Positions 19,967 to 31,250 of a stretch of 64,000 nt of DNA are shown here, piece after piece. Location: NCBI GenBank assembly GCA_035263845.1, contig DATFQY010000191.1, forward strand, positions 37 to 64,036, given 5' to 3'. The position numbers and the translations under genes are program-made. The notes beneath the pieces were generated by a model. The model was not told the origin of the DNA. It made no database searches and saw only the letters and a list, made by a program, of their open reading frames with translations. Within the stretch, counting starts at the first letter, position 1, and every line of letters starts with the position of its first letter. This DNA is from Thermoanaerobaculia bacterium (GTDB lineage Bacteria > Acidobacteriota > Thermoanaerobaculia > UBA5066 > Gp7-AA6).

Positions 19967-20988
19967 TCTCCAGGCTCTACGCGAAGCTTCTCGAAGCCCG
20001 GGCCCGCCGCTACGCGTCGGGGAGGACCCCTTCGCATCGCCTGGACCAGCCGGTCATCTCGGTCGGCAACATCACGATGGGCGGGACCGGCAAGACACCC
20101 TTCGTCGCGCACCTGGCGCGCCGGCTCCGGTTCGAGGGAAAGCGTCCCGCCATCCTCTCGCGCGGCTACGGACGGACCTCGCGCGGCGTGATCCTCGTCT
20201 CCGAGGGGCACGGCCCGCTCGTCAAACCCGACGTGGGCGGAGACGAGCCGGTGGCGCTGGCGATGCGGCTGCCGGGAGTCATCGTGGCAGTCGGAGAGAA
20301 GCGGATCGAGGCGGCCCGAGCGGCGGTGGCCGCCGGGGCCGACGTCCTCATCCTCGACGACGGCTACCAGCACCTCTCCCTCGAGAGGGACGCGAACCTG
20401 CTGCTGCTCGACGCGAAGGACCCCTTCGGCGGCGGACGGTTTCCGCCGCGGGGGCGCTTGCGCGAGCCGCTCTCTGCCCTCGCGCGCGCCGACGCGTTCG
20501 TTTTCACGCGGGCCGAGTCGGACACTCCCTCCGCGGAGGCGCTGGCGACAGTCCGAAAGTGGAATCCTTCCGCGCCGGTCTTCACGGCGCGCTTCAAGCC
20601 CGCGGGGCTCTACGACGACAGCGGCGCGCCGGTCGAGGGAGCGGTCCTCGAGGAGCGCCGGTGCCTCGCGGTCTGCGGAATCGCGCAGCCGGAGGGGTTC
20701 GCCGCGACTCTCCTGGAGCTCAACATCTCGGCCGAGCAGATCCTGGCCTTTCGCGACCACCAACGCTACAAAGCGCGGGACCTCGCCCGGATCGAGAGAG
20801 CGGCGCGGGCGACCGGCGCCTCGTGGATCGTCACGACGGAGAAGGACGCCGTCAAGCTCGGCGGGTCTCTTTCACTCCCGACGGTGACGGTGCGCCTGAG
20901 TGGCGAGGTCGGCGAGCCGGGATTCTTTCCGTTTCTCGCCTCGCGCATCTCCAGCCCCTCCCGGACTGCCGCCCGGGCGGGGAGATGA
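19963..20988 (+). CDS. lpxK: Tetraacyldisaccharide 4'-kinase
   Basis: P-loop ISVGNITMGGTGKTP. GTG start overlaps the kdtA stop. Confidence 0.8.
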   Translation: MISRLYAKLLEARARRYASGRTPSHRLDQPVISVGNITMGGTGKTPFVAHLARRLRFEGKRPAILSRGYGRTSRGVILVSEGHGPLVKPDVGGDEPVALAMRLPGVIVAVGEKRIEAARAAVAAGADVLILDDGYQHLSLERDANLLLLDAKDPFGGGRFPPRGRLREPLSALARADAFVFTRAESDTPSAEALATVRKWNPSAPVFTARFKPAGLYDDSGAPVEGAVLEERRCLAVCGIAQPEGFAATLLELNISAEQILAFRDHQRYKARDLARIERAARATGASWIVTTEKDAVKLGGSLSLPTVTVRLSGEVGEPGFFPFLASRISSPSRTAARAGR

Positions 20989-21902
20989 GCGCGGAGGCGG
21001 GAGAGGGGGTCGGGCTGCGGCACCGGCTCGAGCACGCGCTCGTGCGCGGAGCGCTGGCGGCCCTGAAGGTTCTGCCGGCGGGAGCCGCGACGGGATTCGG
21101 GAGGGGCGCGGCGAAAGTGTTCTTCGGGTTCGCGCCGTCCCGGCGGGGCATCCTCCGGAGGAACATCGACGCCGCGTTTCCCGAGAAGTCGGCCGCCGAG
21201 AAGAAGGCGATCGGGAAGGCGAGTGTCGAGAACCTGGGCGCCGCCTTCATGGAGTTCCTCGGGTCCTCGGAGCTTTCGCGGGAAGACATCCTGGCGCGCG
21301 TGGAGCTCGAAGGAGAGGAGAACTTCGCCGCCGCCCGGCGCCGCGGCAAGGGAGTCTTCCTCCTCTCCGCACACTTCGGCAGCTGGGAGCTCGGAGCGAT
21401 CCGGGCGGGATTGATCGCCGACCCGATCTCCTCGGTCGTGAGGCCGCTCGACAACCCGCTCCTCGAAGAGGAGCTGGAGTTTCGCCGGACCCGGCTGGGC
21501 AACCGCGTCATCCGCAAGCGGCAGGCGGCCCGCGAGATCCTCAAGGCGCTGCGGGCGAAAGAGACCGTCGCGATCCTGGTGGACCAGAACGTGATTCCCG
21601 AGGAGGCGATCTTCGTCCCGTTCTTCGGCCGGGCGGCCGCGACGACGCCCTCCCTCGCGCTCCTGCAATTGAAGACGGACGCCGCGGTCGTGCCGGTCTA
21701 CACGTGGCCGCTCGGCGGAGGCCGATACCGCTTGAGGTTCGAAAAGCCGATCCTGGCGGAGGAATTCGCCGGCGAGGGGGAGCGCGAGGAGCGGGTCCGG
21801 GCCGCGACCGCGCGCTACATGGCGGTGACCGAGGAGGCCATCCGCGGCGATCCCGGCGCCTGGCTGTGGATGCACAACCGCTGGAGAACGCGGCCCGCCT
21901 GA
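20985..21902 (+). CDS. Lipid A biosynthesis (Kdo)2-lipid IVA acyltransferase (LpxL/HtrB family)
   Basis: LPLAT-superfamily acyltransferase (HFGSWE). ATGA overlap with lpxK. Confidence 0.7.
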   Translation: MSAEAGEGVGLRHRLEHALVRGALAALKVLPAGAATGFGRGAAKVFFGFAPSRRGILRRNIDAAFPEKSAAEKKAIGKASVENLGAAFMEFLGSSELSREDILARVELEGEENFAAARRRGKGVFLLSAHFGSWELGAIRAGLIADPISSVVRPLDNPLLEEELEFRRTRLGNRVIRKRQAAREILKALRAKETVAILVDQNVIPEEAIFVPFFGRAAATTPSLALLQLKTDAAVVPVYTWPLGGGRYRLRFEKPILAEEFAGEGEREERVRAATARYMAVTEEAIRGDPGAWLWMHNRWRTRPA

Positions 21903-22897
21903 TGGGTAAAGGACGGGTCGTCGTCGCGCCAAACTGGCTCGGAGACTGCGTGATGGCCCTTCCCCTCCTCCGCGCGATCCGGACCGCGCATCCGGAGGAC
22001 CTGCTGGCGGTCCTGGCCAGGCCCGGCGCCGCCTCGATCTTTCGCGCCGAAGGGAGCGCGGGCTCGGTCCTGGAGCGCGGCTCCCTTCTCGACGACGCCC
22101 GGTCGCTGCGGCGCGGCCGGTTCGCGGAGGCGTGGCTCCTTCCGAATTCCTTCCGATCGGCCGTGGCCCCTTTCCTCGCGCGGGTCCCCGAGAGGATCGG
22201 CTATGCGACCGACCGCCGCGGCGCCCTCCTGACTCGGTCCCTGGAGAAGCCGGACCGGACGGCCCACCAGCTTCGCGACTACGACGATCTGCTCCGCTCG
22301 CGCGGGATCGAGCCGGACCTCGGGCCGCCTCGGCTTCCGATCCCGCCGGCGGCGGCACAGAGAGCGCGCGAGGCGCTCGAGCGCGCCGGGATCTCCGCCG
22401 AGAAGCCGCTCGCGCTCCTGTGCCTGGGCGCGGCCTTCGGGTGGACGAAGCGCTGGCCGCCGGAGAGGTTCGGCGCCCTTTCCGGCCGGCTCGCCGGGCG
22501 CGGATACGCCTGCGCCGCGGTGATCGGCCCGGGAGAGGAAGATCTCGCGGCGAAGGCGTCCGCCGCGGCAAAGTCGCCGCTTCCAGTGCTCGGGCGCGAC
22601 CTCGATCCGATCGGCCTCGCCGCGCTGCTGGCCCGCGCCCGCCTCGCGGTCGCCAACGACTCGGGGCCCGCGCACCTCGCCGCCGCGGTGGGAACTCCGG
22701 TCGTCGCGCTCTTCGGCCCGACGGACCCTGGCCGGACTTCCCCTTCCGGCGCCCCGGTGGAAGTCCTCGACCGCTTCGTCTTCTGCTCGCCCTGTTTTTT
22801 GAAGGAGTGCCCCTACGGGCACGAGTGCCTTCGCGAGATCACGGTCGAGATGGTGCTGGCGGCGGCGGAGCGGCTCCCGGGCTCGACGGATCGGTGA
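21902..22897 (+). CDS. ADP-heptose:LPS heptosyltransferase (GT9, WaaF-like)
   Basis: GT9 signature (VVAPNWLGDCVMALP...NDSGPAHLAAAVGTP). Confidence 0.7.
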   Translation: MGKGRVVVAPNWLGDCVMALPLLRAIRTAHPEDLLAVLARPGAASIFRAEGSAGSVLERGSLLDDARSLRRGRFAEAWLLPNSFRSAVAPFLARVPERIGYATDRRGALLTRSLEKPDRTAHQLRDYDDLLRSRGIEPDLGPPRLPIPPAAAQRAREALERAGISAEKPLALLCLGAAFGWTKRWPPERFGALSGRLAGRGYACAAVIGPGEEDLAAKASAAAKSPLPVLGRDLDPIGLAALLARARLAVANDSGPAHLAAAVGTPVVALFGPTDPGRTSPSGAPVEVLDRFVFCSPCFLKECPYGHECLREITVEMVLAAAERLPGSTDR

Positions 22898-23479
22898 CTA
22901 TCGCAGCTCGGAATTCCAGTAAGCGACGTCGAGGAAGTTCCGCCAGGCCGGGTGGACCTTGTTCGAGCCGAAGTGGCCGACCGGATGCCAGCGGGGCTTC
23001 TTGGGCTGGCTGATCAGCCTCATCGAGGCCTCGTGCGGGCTGCGGTTGCCCTTCTTGACGTTGCAGGCCAGGCACGCGCACACGACGTTCTCCCAGTTGG
23101 ACCGCCCGCCCCGCGACAACGGGATGACGTGGTCGAGCGACAGGTCCGAGGAAGAGAACTTGTGCCCGCAGTACTGGCAGCGGTTCCCGTCGCGCAGGTA
23201 AATGTTGTGCCGCGAGAACTTCACGTCCTGCCTCGGCAGCCGGTCGAACTCCTTCAGCACGATGACGCGCGGAACGCGGATCGCCATCGAGGGCGTCAGG
23301 ACGACCTCGTCCTGCGGCTGCACGGGGATGTCGCACCAGTTCTCGAACTCGTAGGTCGAGTAGTCCGGCAGGACGGCGCGGACGTGCCCCTTGTAGAAGA
23401 GCGAGAACGCCTTCCGGACCGAAGTGACCTGAATCGCCTGAAATACGCGATTCAAAACGAGCACATGAGTATCCAGCAT
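22898..23479 (-). CDS. HNH endonuclease (McrA-like)
   Basis: CQYCGHKF...LDHVIPLSRGG...NWENVVCACLACNVKKGN. Confidence 0.7.
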   Translation of the reverse strand: MLDTHVLVLNRVFQAIQVTSVRKAFSLFYKGHVRAVLPDYSTYEFENWCDIPVQPQDEVVLTPSMAIRVPRVIVLKEFDRLPRQDVKFSRHNIYLRDGNRCQYCGHKFSSSDLSLDHVIPLSRGGRSNWENVVCACLACNVKKGNRSPHEASMRLISQPKKPRWHPVGHFGSNKVHPAWRNFLDVAYWNSELR

Positions 23480-23532
23480 GCGACTTTCTCGAAGGCGGCA
23501 ATTATAGTCAAAGGAGTGAGGAAGGTCAGGTC

Positions 23533-24555
23533 TTGACGCCACGCGTGCCGCGGAAACGGCTGCTTTCCGTCATCGACGGCTTCGCCGGGAGGCGCCTCGT
23601 CGTGGCCGGAGACTACGTCCTCGACCGGTTCCTCTACGGGCATCCCAAGCGCGTCAGCCGCGAGGCACCGGTCCTGATCCTCCGGTTCTGGAAGGAGGAG
23701 CACCTGCCCGGCGGCGCCGGAAACACCGCGGCCAACGTCCGGTCGCTCGGGGGCGTCCCGATCCCCGTCGGGGCGGTGGGAAAGGACGACGCCGGCGCGA
23801 GACTGCGGGAAGCGCTGGCCGGACGCGGGATCGACACCGACGGACTGCTGGCGGCACCGGACTACGGGACCCCGACGAAGACGAGGATCCTCGCGGGAGC
23901 TCCGCACGGGATCAAGCAGCAGGTCGTCCGCTACGACCGCGAGTCGAATCTCCCGGAAGACTCCGCGCTCGCCGCGAGGATCGCCGACGCGCTCGAAAGG
24001 AGCGCCGCCGGAGCCGACGCGGCGGTCCTCTCGGACTACGGTTACGGCGCGGTCCCGAAGGACGCGAACGCAATCCTGCGCGGGAGCCTTCCCTCCGGCG
24101 CGCCGATCCTGGTGGATTCGCGCCACGGTCTGACCGGCTTCGCGGGCGCGGACGCGCTGACGCCCAACGAGGAAGAGCTCGAGGAGTGGATCGGCAAGCC
24201 GCTCGGCGACTCCGCCGAGGAGCTTGAGAGCGCCGCGCGCTCGCTCCAGAAGGCCGTGGCCGCCCGGATCGTCCTCGTCACCCGCGGCTCGCGGGGGATG
24301 GCGCTCTTCCAGGATGGCGCCTCGCCAGTCTCGATCCCGGTCCACGGGACCGACCAGGTCGCCGACGTCACCGGGGCCGGGGACACGGTGCTCGCGACCT
24401 TCTCGCTCGCGCTCGCCTCCGGAGCCTCGCCGCTCGAGGCCGCGCTGCTGGCCAACTTCGCCGGCGGCGTGGTCGTCATGAAGATGGGGACGGCGACGAT
24501 CACCCCGGAGGAGCTCCGAGACGCGGTCGGTTCGGATCGAACGATCCTCGAATGA
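23533..24555 (+). CDS. hldA: D-glycero-beta-D-manno-heptose-7-phosphate kinase (HldE domain I / HldA)
   Basis: PfkB carbohydrate kinase (TGAGDT). Sits next to the adenylyltransferase half. Confidence 0.8.
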   Translation: MTPRVPRKRLLSVIDGFAGRRLVVAGDYVLDRFLYGHPKRVSREAPVLILRFWKEEHLPGGAGNTAANVRSLGGVPIPVGAVGKDDAGARLREALAGRGIDTDGLLAAPDYGTPTKTRILAGAPHGIKQQVVRYDRESNLPEDSALAARIADALERSAAGADAAVLSDYGYGAVPKDANAILRGSLPSGAPILVDSRHGLTGFAGADALTPNEEELEEWIGKPLGDSAEELESAARSLQKAVAARIVLVTRGSRGMALFQDGASPVSIPVHGTDQVADVTGAGDTVLATFSLALASGASPLEAALLANFAGGVVVMKMGTATITPEELRDAVGSDRTILE

Positions 24556-25034
24556 CGGGAGGCCTCTCGAAGATCCTCTCCCGCGAGGAGCTTCTCGAAG
24601 CGGCGAAGCGCCAGGGCGCCGCGGGCCGCTCGATCGTGTTCGCCAACGGCGCGTTCGACCTGCTCCACGTGGGCCACGTCCGCTACCTCGAGGCGGCGCG
24701 CCGCGAGGGGGACTGGCTCGTGGTCGGCGTCAACTCCGACCGGTCGGTCCGCGCGTCCAAGGGGGACGGCCGCCCGATCCTGCCGGAGTCCGAGCGGTCG
24801 GAGGTCGTCGCTGCCCTCCGGTGCGTGGACGCCGTCGTGATCTTCGACGAGGACTCTCCGGCGGAGCTGATCGCGGCGCTGCGCCCGGCGGTCCACGCCA
24901 AGGGCACCGACTACACTTCCGAGTCGGTTCCCGAGCGCTCGGTCGTCGCCTCTTACGGGGGCCGAACTGTGATCGTCGGGGACCCGAAGGACCACGCCAC
25001 GACCGACCTGATCGAACGGATCCGTAAGCCGTAA
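24552..25034 (+). CDS. hldC: D-glycero-beta-D-manno-heptose-1-phosphate adenylyltransferase (HldE domain II / HldC)
   Basis: Cytidylyltransferase HxGH motif (GAFDLLHVGHVRYL). ATGA overlap with the kinase gene. Confidence 0.8.
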   Translation: MTGGLSKILSREELLEAAKRQGAAGRSIVFANGAFDLLHVGHVRYLEAARREGDWLVVGVNSDRSVRASKGDGRPILPESERSEVVAALRCVDAVVIFDEDSPAELIAALRPAVHAKGTDYTSESVPERSVVASYGGRTVIVGDPKDHATTDLIERIRKP

Positions 25035-25108
25035 GCCGTCAGCCGTCAGCCGAAGCCATGCTTGATACTGGGACTCCGGCTCACCGCTCACGGCTCACGG
25101 CTCACGCG
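25018..25108 (+). repeat. Palindromic heptamer-array element, copy 2
   Basis: ccgtaagccgtaagccgtcagccgtcagccg / 25-nt loop / cggctcaccgctcacggctcacggctcacg. It contains the hldC stop and ends 2 nt before the waaC-like ATG. Confidence 0.6.
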
Positions 25109-25110
25109 TC

Positions 25111-26100
25111 ATGAGGATCCTGATCGTCCGCCTCTCGTCGCTGGGCGACATCATCCACACGCTCCCGCTGGCGCTGAACGCGCACATGGGCGGCGCCCGG
25201 GTCGCGTGGCTGACGGAGCGCGGATACCGGGGGCTGCTCGAAGGAAACCCGTGCATCGAGCGGCTCTTCCTCGCCGACACGAGGCGATGGCGCGCCAACC
25301 TCGCTTCGATCTCACACTGGAAGGCGGTGGTGGAGCTGCGCCGCGGGCTGAAAGAGTTCGACCCCGAGGTGACTCTCGATCCGCAGGGGCTCTGGAAGTC
25401 GGCCCTCCTGGCGAAGCTGGCGGGCTGTCCCGTGGTTGGGTTCTCCGCGGGGTCCCGCCGGGAGCCCTCCTCCGCCGTGCTCGCCGCGACGGGCGTGGAC
25501 ATCGCGCCGGAGGCGGAGCACGTCGTGGACCAGAACCTTTCCCTGCTCGCCCCGCTGGGAATCCCGGTCGCTCGCCGAGCCCCGGATGCCCGCTACCTTC
25601 TGGAGCCGGAAGACTCCCGGGCCGCCGCCTTCCTCCGGACACTGCCGACTCCCTTCGCGCTCTACCATCCCGGCTCGGCCCGCTCGACGAAATCCTGGGG
25701 GGAGCGCAACTACGCCCAGCTCGCCGAGCAGCTGCACAAGAAGCTCGGGCTCTACCCGGCGATCTCCTGGGGGCCGGGAGACGAGCGTCGCGCCGAGCGG
25801 CTCGGGAGACTCCTCCCCTACTCCGCGAAGATCCCCGCGGTCCATTTTCGCGGCCTCGCCCAGGTCCTCTCGCGCGCGAGCCTGTTCGTCGCGGGCGACA
25901 CCGGGCCGGTCCACCTCGCAGACGCGATCGGCGTCCCGGCGCTGGCGCTCTTCGGCCCCGACGCGTACAAGCGCAACCTGCCCGAGCGCAACCGGCCGTA
26001 CCGGGGCGCCGCCTTGAGTTACGATCAGGCGGCGTCGGTCGAAACCGTCGCGCGCAAGGCCGTGGAGCTCGTCGAGAACGCCGGAACGATCGAGGGGTGA
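25111..26100 (+). CDS. ADP-heptose:LPS heptosyltransferase I (GT9, WaaC-like)
   Basis: MRILIVRLSSLGDIIHTLP...GDTGPVHLADAIGVP. Confidence 0.7.
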   Translation: MRILIVRLSSLGDIIHTLPLALNAHMGGARVAWLTERGYRGLLEGNPCIERLFLADTRRWRANLASISHWKAVVELRRGLKEFDPEVTLDPQGLWKSALLAKLAGCPVVGFSAGSRREPSSAVLAATGVDIAPEAEHVVDQNLSLLAPLGIPVARRAPDARYLLEPEDSRAAAFLRTLPTPFALYHPGSARSTKSWGERNYAQLAEQLHKKLGLYPAISWGPGDERRAERLGRLLPYSAKIPAVHFRGLAQVLSRASLFVAGDTGPVHLADAIGVPALALFGPDAYKRNLPERNRPYRGAALSYDQAASVETVARKAVELVENAGTIEG

Positions 26101-26807
26101 GGACGCTTTCCCTGGCGCTCCTTCTGATCGCCGCGTCTCCCGCCGAACAGGACAAGCCCGAGCCGCCCTCGTTCCTCGGCGAAAAGCTGCGCTTCGCCAT
26201 GTCCATCCTCGGGGTGGCCGGAGGAGAGCTGACGCTGTCGGCGGCGCCGGCAGAGCTCTCGGGCAAGCCGGCCTGGAAGTTCGAGATGTCGGTCGTCTCC
26301 AACGACTTCCTCTCCAAGTTCTACCTGGTGCGGGACACGATCGTGTCGTGGATCGATCCGACCTCCTTCCGCTCGCTGCGGTACGAGAAGCACTCCGTCG
26401 AAGGCAAGCGCGTCCGCGACGAGCTGACCGAGTTCGATTACGAGAAGGGAGTCGCGGTCCTCGACGGGACGCCGCTGTCGCTCGACCAGGCGACGCTCGA
26501 CACGCTCTCCTCCGTCTACTACCTGCGGACGCTCGCCCTCGACGCGGGAAAGCCTCCGTCGCTTCACGTCTTCTCGGGCAAGCCGCACGTGCTCGACGTC
26601 GAGGTCCAGGCCAGAGAAACGATCGAGGTGCCCGCCGGAAAGTTCCAGACCATCCGCGTCGAGCCCAAGAGCGCCGGCAGCAGCCTCGTCGGCAAGAACC
26701 TCATCCTCTGGCTGACGGACGACGCGAGGAAGATCCCGGTTCAGCTTCGATCGAAACTCAAGGTCGGCACACTTGTCGGGAGGTTGAAGTCGATCGAAAC
26801 AAAATGA
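26097..26807 (+). CDS. DUF3108-like secreted protein
   Basis: Signal peptide; GTG start overlaps the upstream stop. Position after heptose genes fits where this family is commonly found. Confidence 0.5.
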   Translation: MRTLSLALLLIAASPAEQDKPEPPSFLGEKLRFAMSILGVAGGELTLSAAPAELSGKPAWKFEMSVVSNDFLSKFYLVRDTIVSWIDPTSFRSLRYEKHSVEGKRVRDELTEFDYEKGVAVLDGTPLSLDQATLDTLSSVYYLRTLALDAGKPPSLHVFSGKPHVLDVEVQARETIEVPAGKFQTIRVEPKSAGSSLVGKNLILWLTDDARKIPVQLRSKLKVGTLVGRLKSIETK

Positions 26808-26885
26808 GCAGTTTGTGATTTGTGATTTGTGATTTGTGAACAGGGCGGAAAGGCCGACTTCTTGCCCTGATCAGAAATCACCAAT
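26808..26885 (+). repeat. (TTTGTGA)4-ACAGGGCGGAAAGGCCGA hairpin module, right after a stop codon
   Basis: Read directly. The heptamer run places TGA in all three frames. The downstream GAAATCACCAATCCCTCAC is partly complementary to it. Confidence 0.6.
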
Positions 26886-26915
26886 CCCTCACTGGGGTAC
26901 AATCCTTCACCATCC

Positions 26916-28760
<1,845 letters not shown>

Positions 28761-28762
28761 GC

Positions 28763-28836
28763 GGTGGGTGTTAGGTCCTAGGTGGTAGGAAAGCCCCGCT
28801 TCCGGGCCTACCACCTACCACTTGCCACCTAACACC
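28763..28836 (+). repeat. Heptamer-array palindrome (GGTGGGT GTTAGGT CCTAGGT GGTAGGA / loop / CCTACCA CCTACCA CTTGCCA CCTAACA)
   Basis: Read directly. Lies between the pilB stop and the pilT start. Confidence 0.5.
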
Positions 28837-28907
28837 TTGCGGGTAAACCGGTAGGCTTTCCTTTCGGCCGGCGAGCGGCTAAACTAACGCACTTCCCTAA
28901 GGGACCG

Positions 28908-30029
28908 ATGCCCAGCGATACGACACTCCACCAGCTCCTCAAGCAGATGGTCGAAATGGGGGCCTCCGACCTCCACCTGACGACCAACTCGCCACCGATG
29001 GTCCGGCTGGACGGGCGGCTCATTCCGCTTCCGTACCCGCCTCTGACGGTGTCGGAAACCAAACACCTCGCGTACTCGGTTTTGACAGACAGCCAGAAGC
29101 ACCGCTTCGAGGAGACGCTGGAGCTGGACTTCTCCTTCGGCGTCAAGGGGCTCGCCCGGTTCCGCGCCAACAATTTCAACCAGCGCGGAGCGGTCGCCGG
29201 CGTCTACAGGCAGATCCCCTATCAGATCCTCGGCTTCCGCGAGCTGGGGCTGCCGCCGATCGTCGAGACCCTCTGCGACAAGCCGCGAGGCCTGATCCTC
29301 GTCACGGGCCCCACCGGCTCGGGCAAGACGACGTCGCTCGCCGCGATGCTCGACAAGGTCAACGTCGAGAAGCAGCTCCACATCGTCACCATCGAGGACC
29401 CCATCGAGTTCCTCCACGGGCACAAGAAGTGCCTCGTCAACCAGCGCGAGCTCCACGCCGACACGCACTCCTTCCCCAACGCGCTGCGGGCCTGCCTGCG
29501 CGAGGACCCCGACGTCGTCCTCATCGGCGAGATGCGCGACCTGGAAACCATCGAGTCGGCCCTGCGCATCGCCGAGACCGGCCACCTCACGCTCGCGACC
29601 CTGCACACCAACTCCGCGATCTCCTCGATCAACCGGATCATCGACGTGTTCCCCGCGCACCAGCAGACGCAGATCCGCACACAGCTCTCCTTCGTGCTCG
29701 AGGGGATCCTCTGCCAGTCCCTCCTCGAGAGGGCGAGCGGCAAGGGCCGCATCATGGCGATGGAAGTCCTGGTCCCCAACGCCGCCATCCGCAACCTGAT
29801 CCGCGAGGACAAGGTCCACCAGATCTACTCGATGATGCAGACGGGCCAGTCGAAGTTCGGGATGCAGACTTTCAACCAGTCGCTGGCGACGCTCTACCAC
29901 CGCAAGCTGATCACGCTGGAGACGGCGCTGTCTCGCTCCTCCAATCCCGACGAGCTGCAGGAGCTGATCGGGCGCGGGGCAGGGCTGAACGTCGCCGCGC
30001 CGCCGGCCGTGGCCGGCAGGCGCGTTTAA
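28908..30029 (+). CDS. pilT: Twitching motility ATPase PilT
   Basis: 373 aa, GPTGSGKTTSLAAM, PilT-specific C-terminus. Confidence 0.88.
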   Translation: MPSDTTLHQLLKQMVEMGASDLHLTTNSPPMVRLDGRLIPLPYPPLTVSETKHLAYSVLTDSQKHRFEETLELDFSFGVKGLARFRANNFNQRGAVAGVYRQIPYQILGFRELGLPPIVETLCDKPRGLILVTGPTGSGKTTSLAAMLDKVNVEKQLHIVTIEDPIEFLHGHKKCLVNQRELHADTHSFPNALRACLREDPDVVLIGEMRDLETIESALRIAETGHLTLATLHTNSAISSINRIIDVFPAHQQTQIRTQLSFVLEGILCQSLLERASGKGRIMAMEVLVPNAAIRNLIREDKVHQIYSMMQTGQSKFGMQTFNQSLATLYHRKLITLETALSRSSNPDELQELIGRGAGLNVAAPPAVAGRRV

Positions 30030-30041
30030 GGAAGTCCCGCC

Positions 30042-31244
30042 GTGCCGAGCTACGCCTGGAAAGGGCGCAACCGCGCTGGCCTGGTCAAGGAAGGCGTCCT
30101 CGCCGCCGACTCCAAGGAAGTCGCGCTGGCGTCGCTGCGGCGCCAGAACATCGTCGTCACCGGCATCCGGGAGCGCGGCAAGGAGATCTCCCTCACCAAG
30201 GTCGGCCGCAAGGTCCCGCCCAAGACGCTCGCGGTTTTCACCCGGCAGTTCTCCGTCATGATCGACGCGGGCCTGCCGCTGGTCCAGTGCATCGAGATCC
30301 TCGCGAACCAGCAGGAGCACAAGAATTTCCAGAAGATCCTGCTCCAGGTCCGGCAGGACGTCGAGGCCGGCTCGACGCTGGCCGACGCGATGCGCCGGCA
30401 CCCGAAGGCCTTCGACGCGCTTTACGTCAACATGGTCGCGGCGGGCGAGGCGGGCGGTATCCTCGACACGATCCTCCAGCGCCTCTCCGTCTACATCGAG
30501 AAGGCCGTCAAGCTGAAGTCCCAGGTCCGGTCGGCGCTGATCTACCCGGTCGCCGTCATCGTCATCGCGGCCATCGTCGTCGCGGTCATCCTGCTCAAGG
30601 TCATCCCGACCTTCGCCGCCCTGTTCACGAGCCTCGGGGCGGAGCTGCCGCTGCCGACGCGCGTGGTCATCGCGATGTCGAACTTCCTGGCGCGGTACTT
30701 CATCTTCTTCGTCATCGGCGTCGCGGCCGGCGTCTACGGCATCCGGCGGTACTACGCGACCTACCGTGGGCGCCGCGTCATCGACGGGCTGCTCCTGAAG
30801 CTCCCGGTCCTCGGGATGATCCTGCGCAAGGTCGCCGTCGCCCGCTTCTGCCGCACGCTCGCGACGCTGACCTCCTCGGGCGTGCCGATCCTGGAGAGCC
30901 TCGACATCACGGCCCGCACCGCCGGCAACGCCATCGTCGAGGACGCCATCTACGAGACCCGTAAGAGCGTCGAGGGAGGCAAGACGATCGTCGAGCCCCT
31001 CCGCGCCACCAACATCTTCCCGAACATGGTCGTCCAGATGATCGGGGTCGGCGAGCAGACCGGCGCGCTCGACGCCATGCTCAACAAGATCGCGGACTTC
31101 TACGAGGACGAGGTGGACGCCGCGGTGTCCGGCCTGGTCAAGCTGCTCGAGCCGATCCTGATCTTCATCCTCGGCATCGTCATCGGCGGAATCGTCATCG
31201 CCATGTACCTGCCGATGTTCACCCTGATCAACAAGATCGGCTGA
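30042..31244 (+). CDS. pilC: Type IV pilus platform protein PilC
   Basis: 400 aa GspF/PilC family. Confidence 0.85.
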   Translation: MPSYAWKGRNRAGLVKEGVLAADSKEVALASLRRQNIVVTGIRERGKEISLTKVGRKVPPKTLAVFTRQFSVMIDAGLPLVQCIEILANQQEHKNFQKILLQVRQDVEAGSTLADAMRRHPKAFDALYVNMVAAGEAGGILDTILQRLSVYIEKAVKLKSQVRSALIYPVAVIVIAAIVVAVILLKVIPTFAALFTSLGAELPLPTRVVIAMSNFLARYFIFFVIGVAAGVYGIRRYYATYRGRRVIDGLLLKLPVLGMILRKVAVARFCRTLATLTSSGVPILESLDITARTAGNAIVEDAIYETRKSVEGGKTIVEPLRATNIFPNMVVQMIGVGEQTGALDAMLNKIADFYEDEVDAAVSGLVKLLEPILIFILGIVIGGIVIAMYLPMFTLINKIG

Positions 31245-31250
31245 GGGTCT

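Noticed and set aside
18580-20988. 802-aa ORF spanning kdtA and lpxK in a different frame
   Set aside because: It is a frame artefact. The real genes are kdtA (18650-19966) and lpxK (19963-20988, GTG start in this frame).
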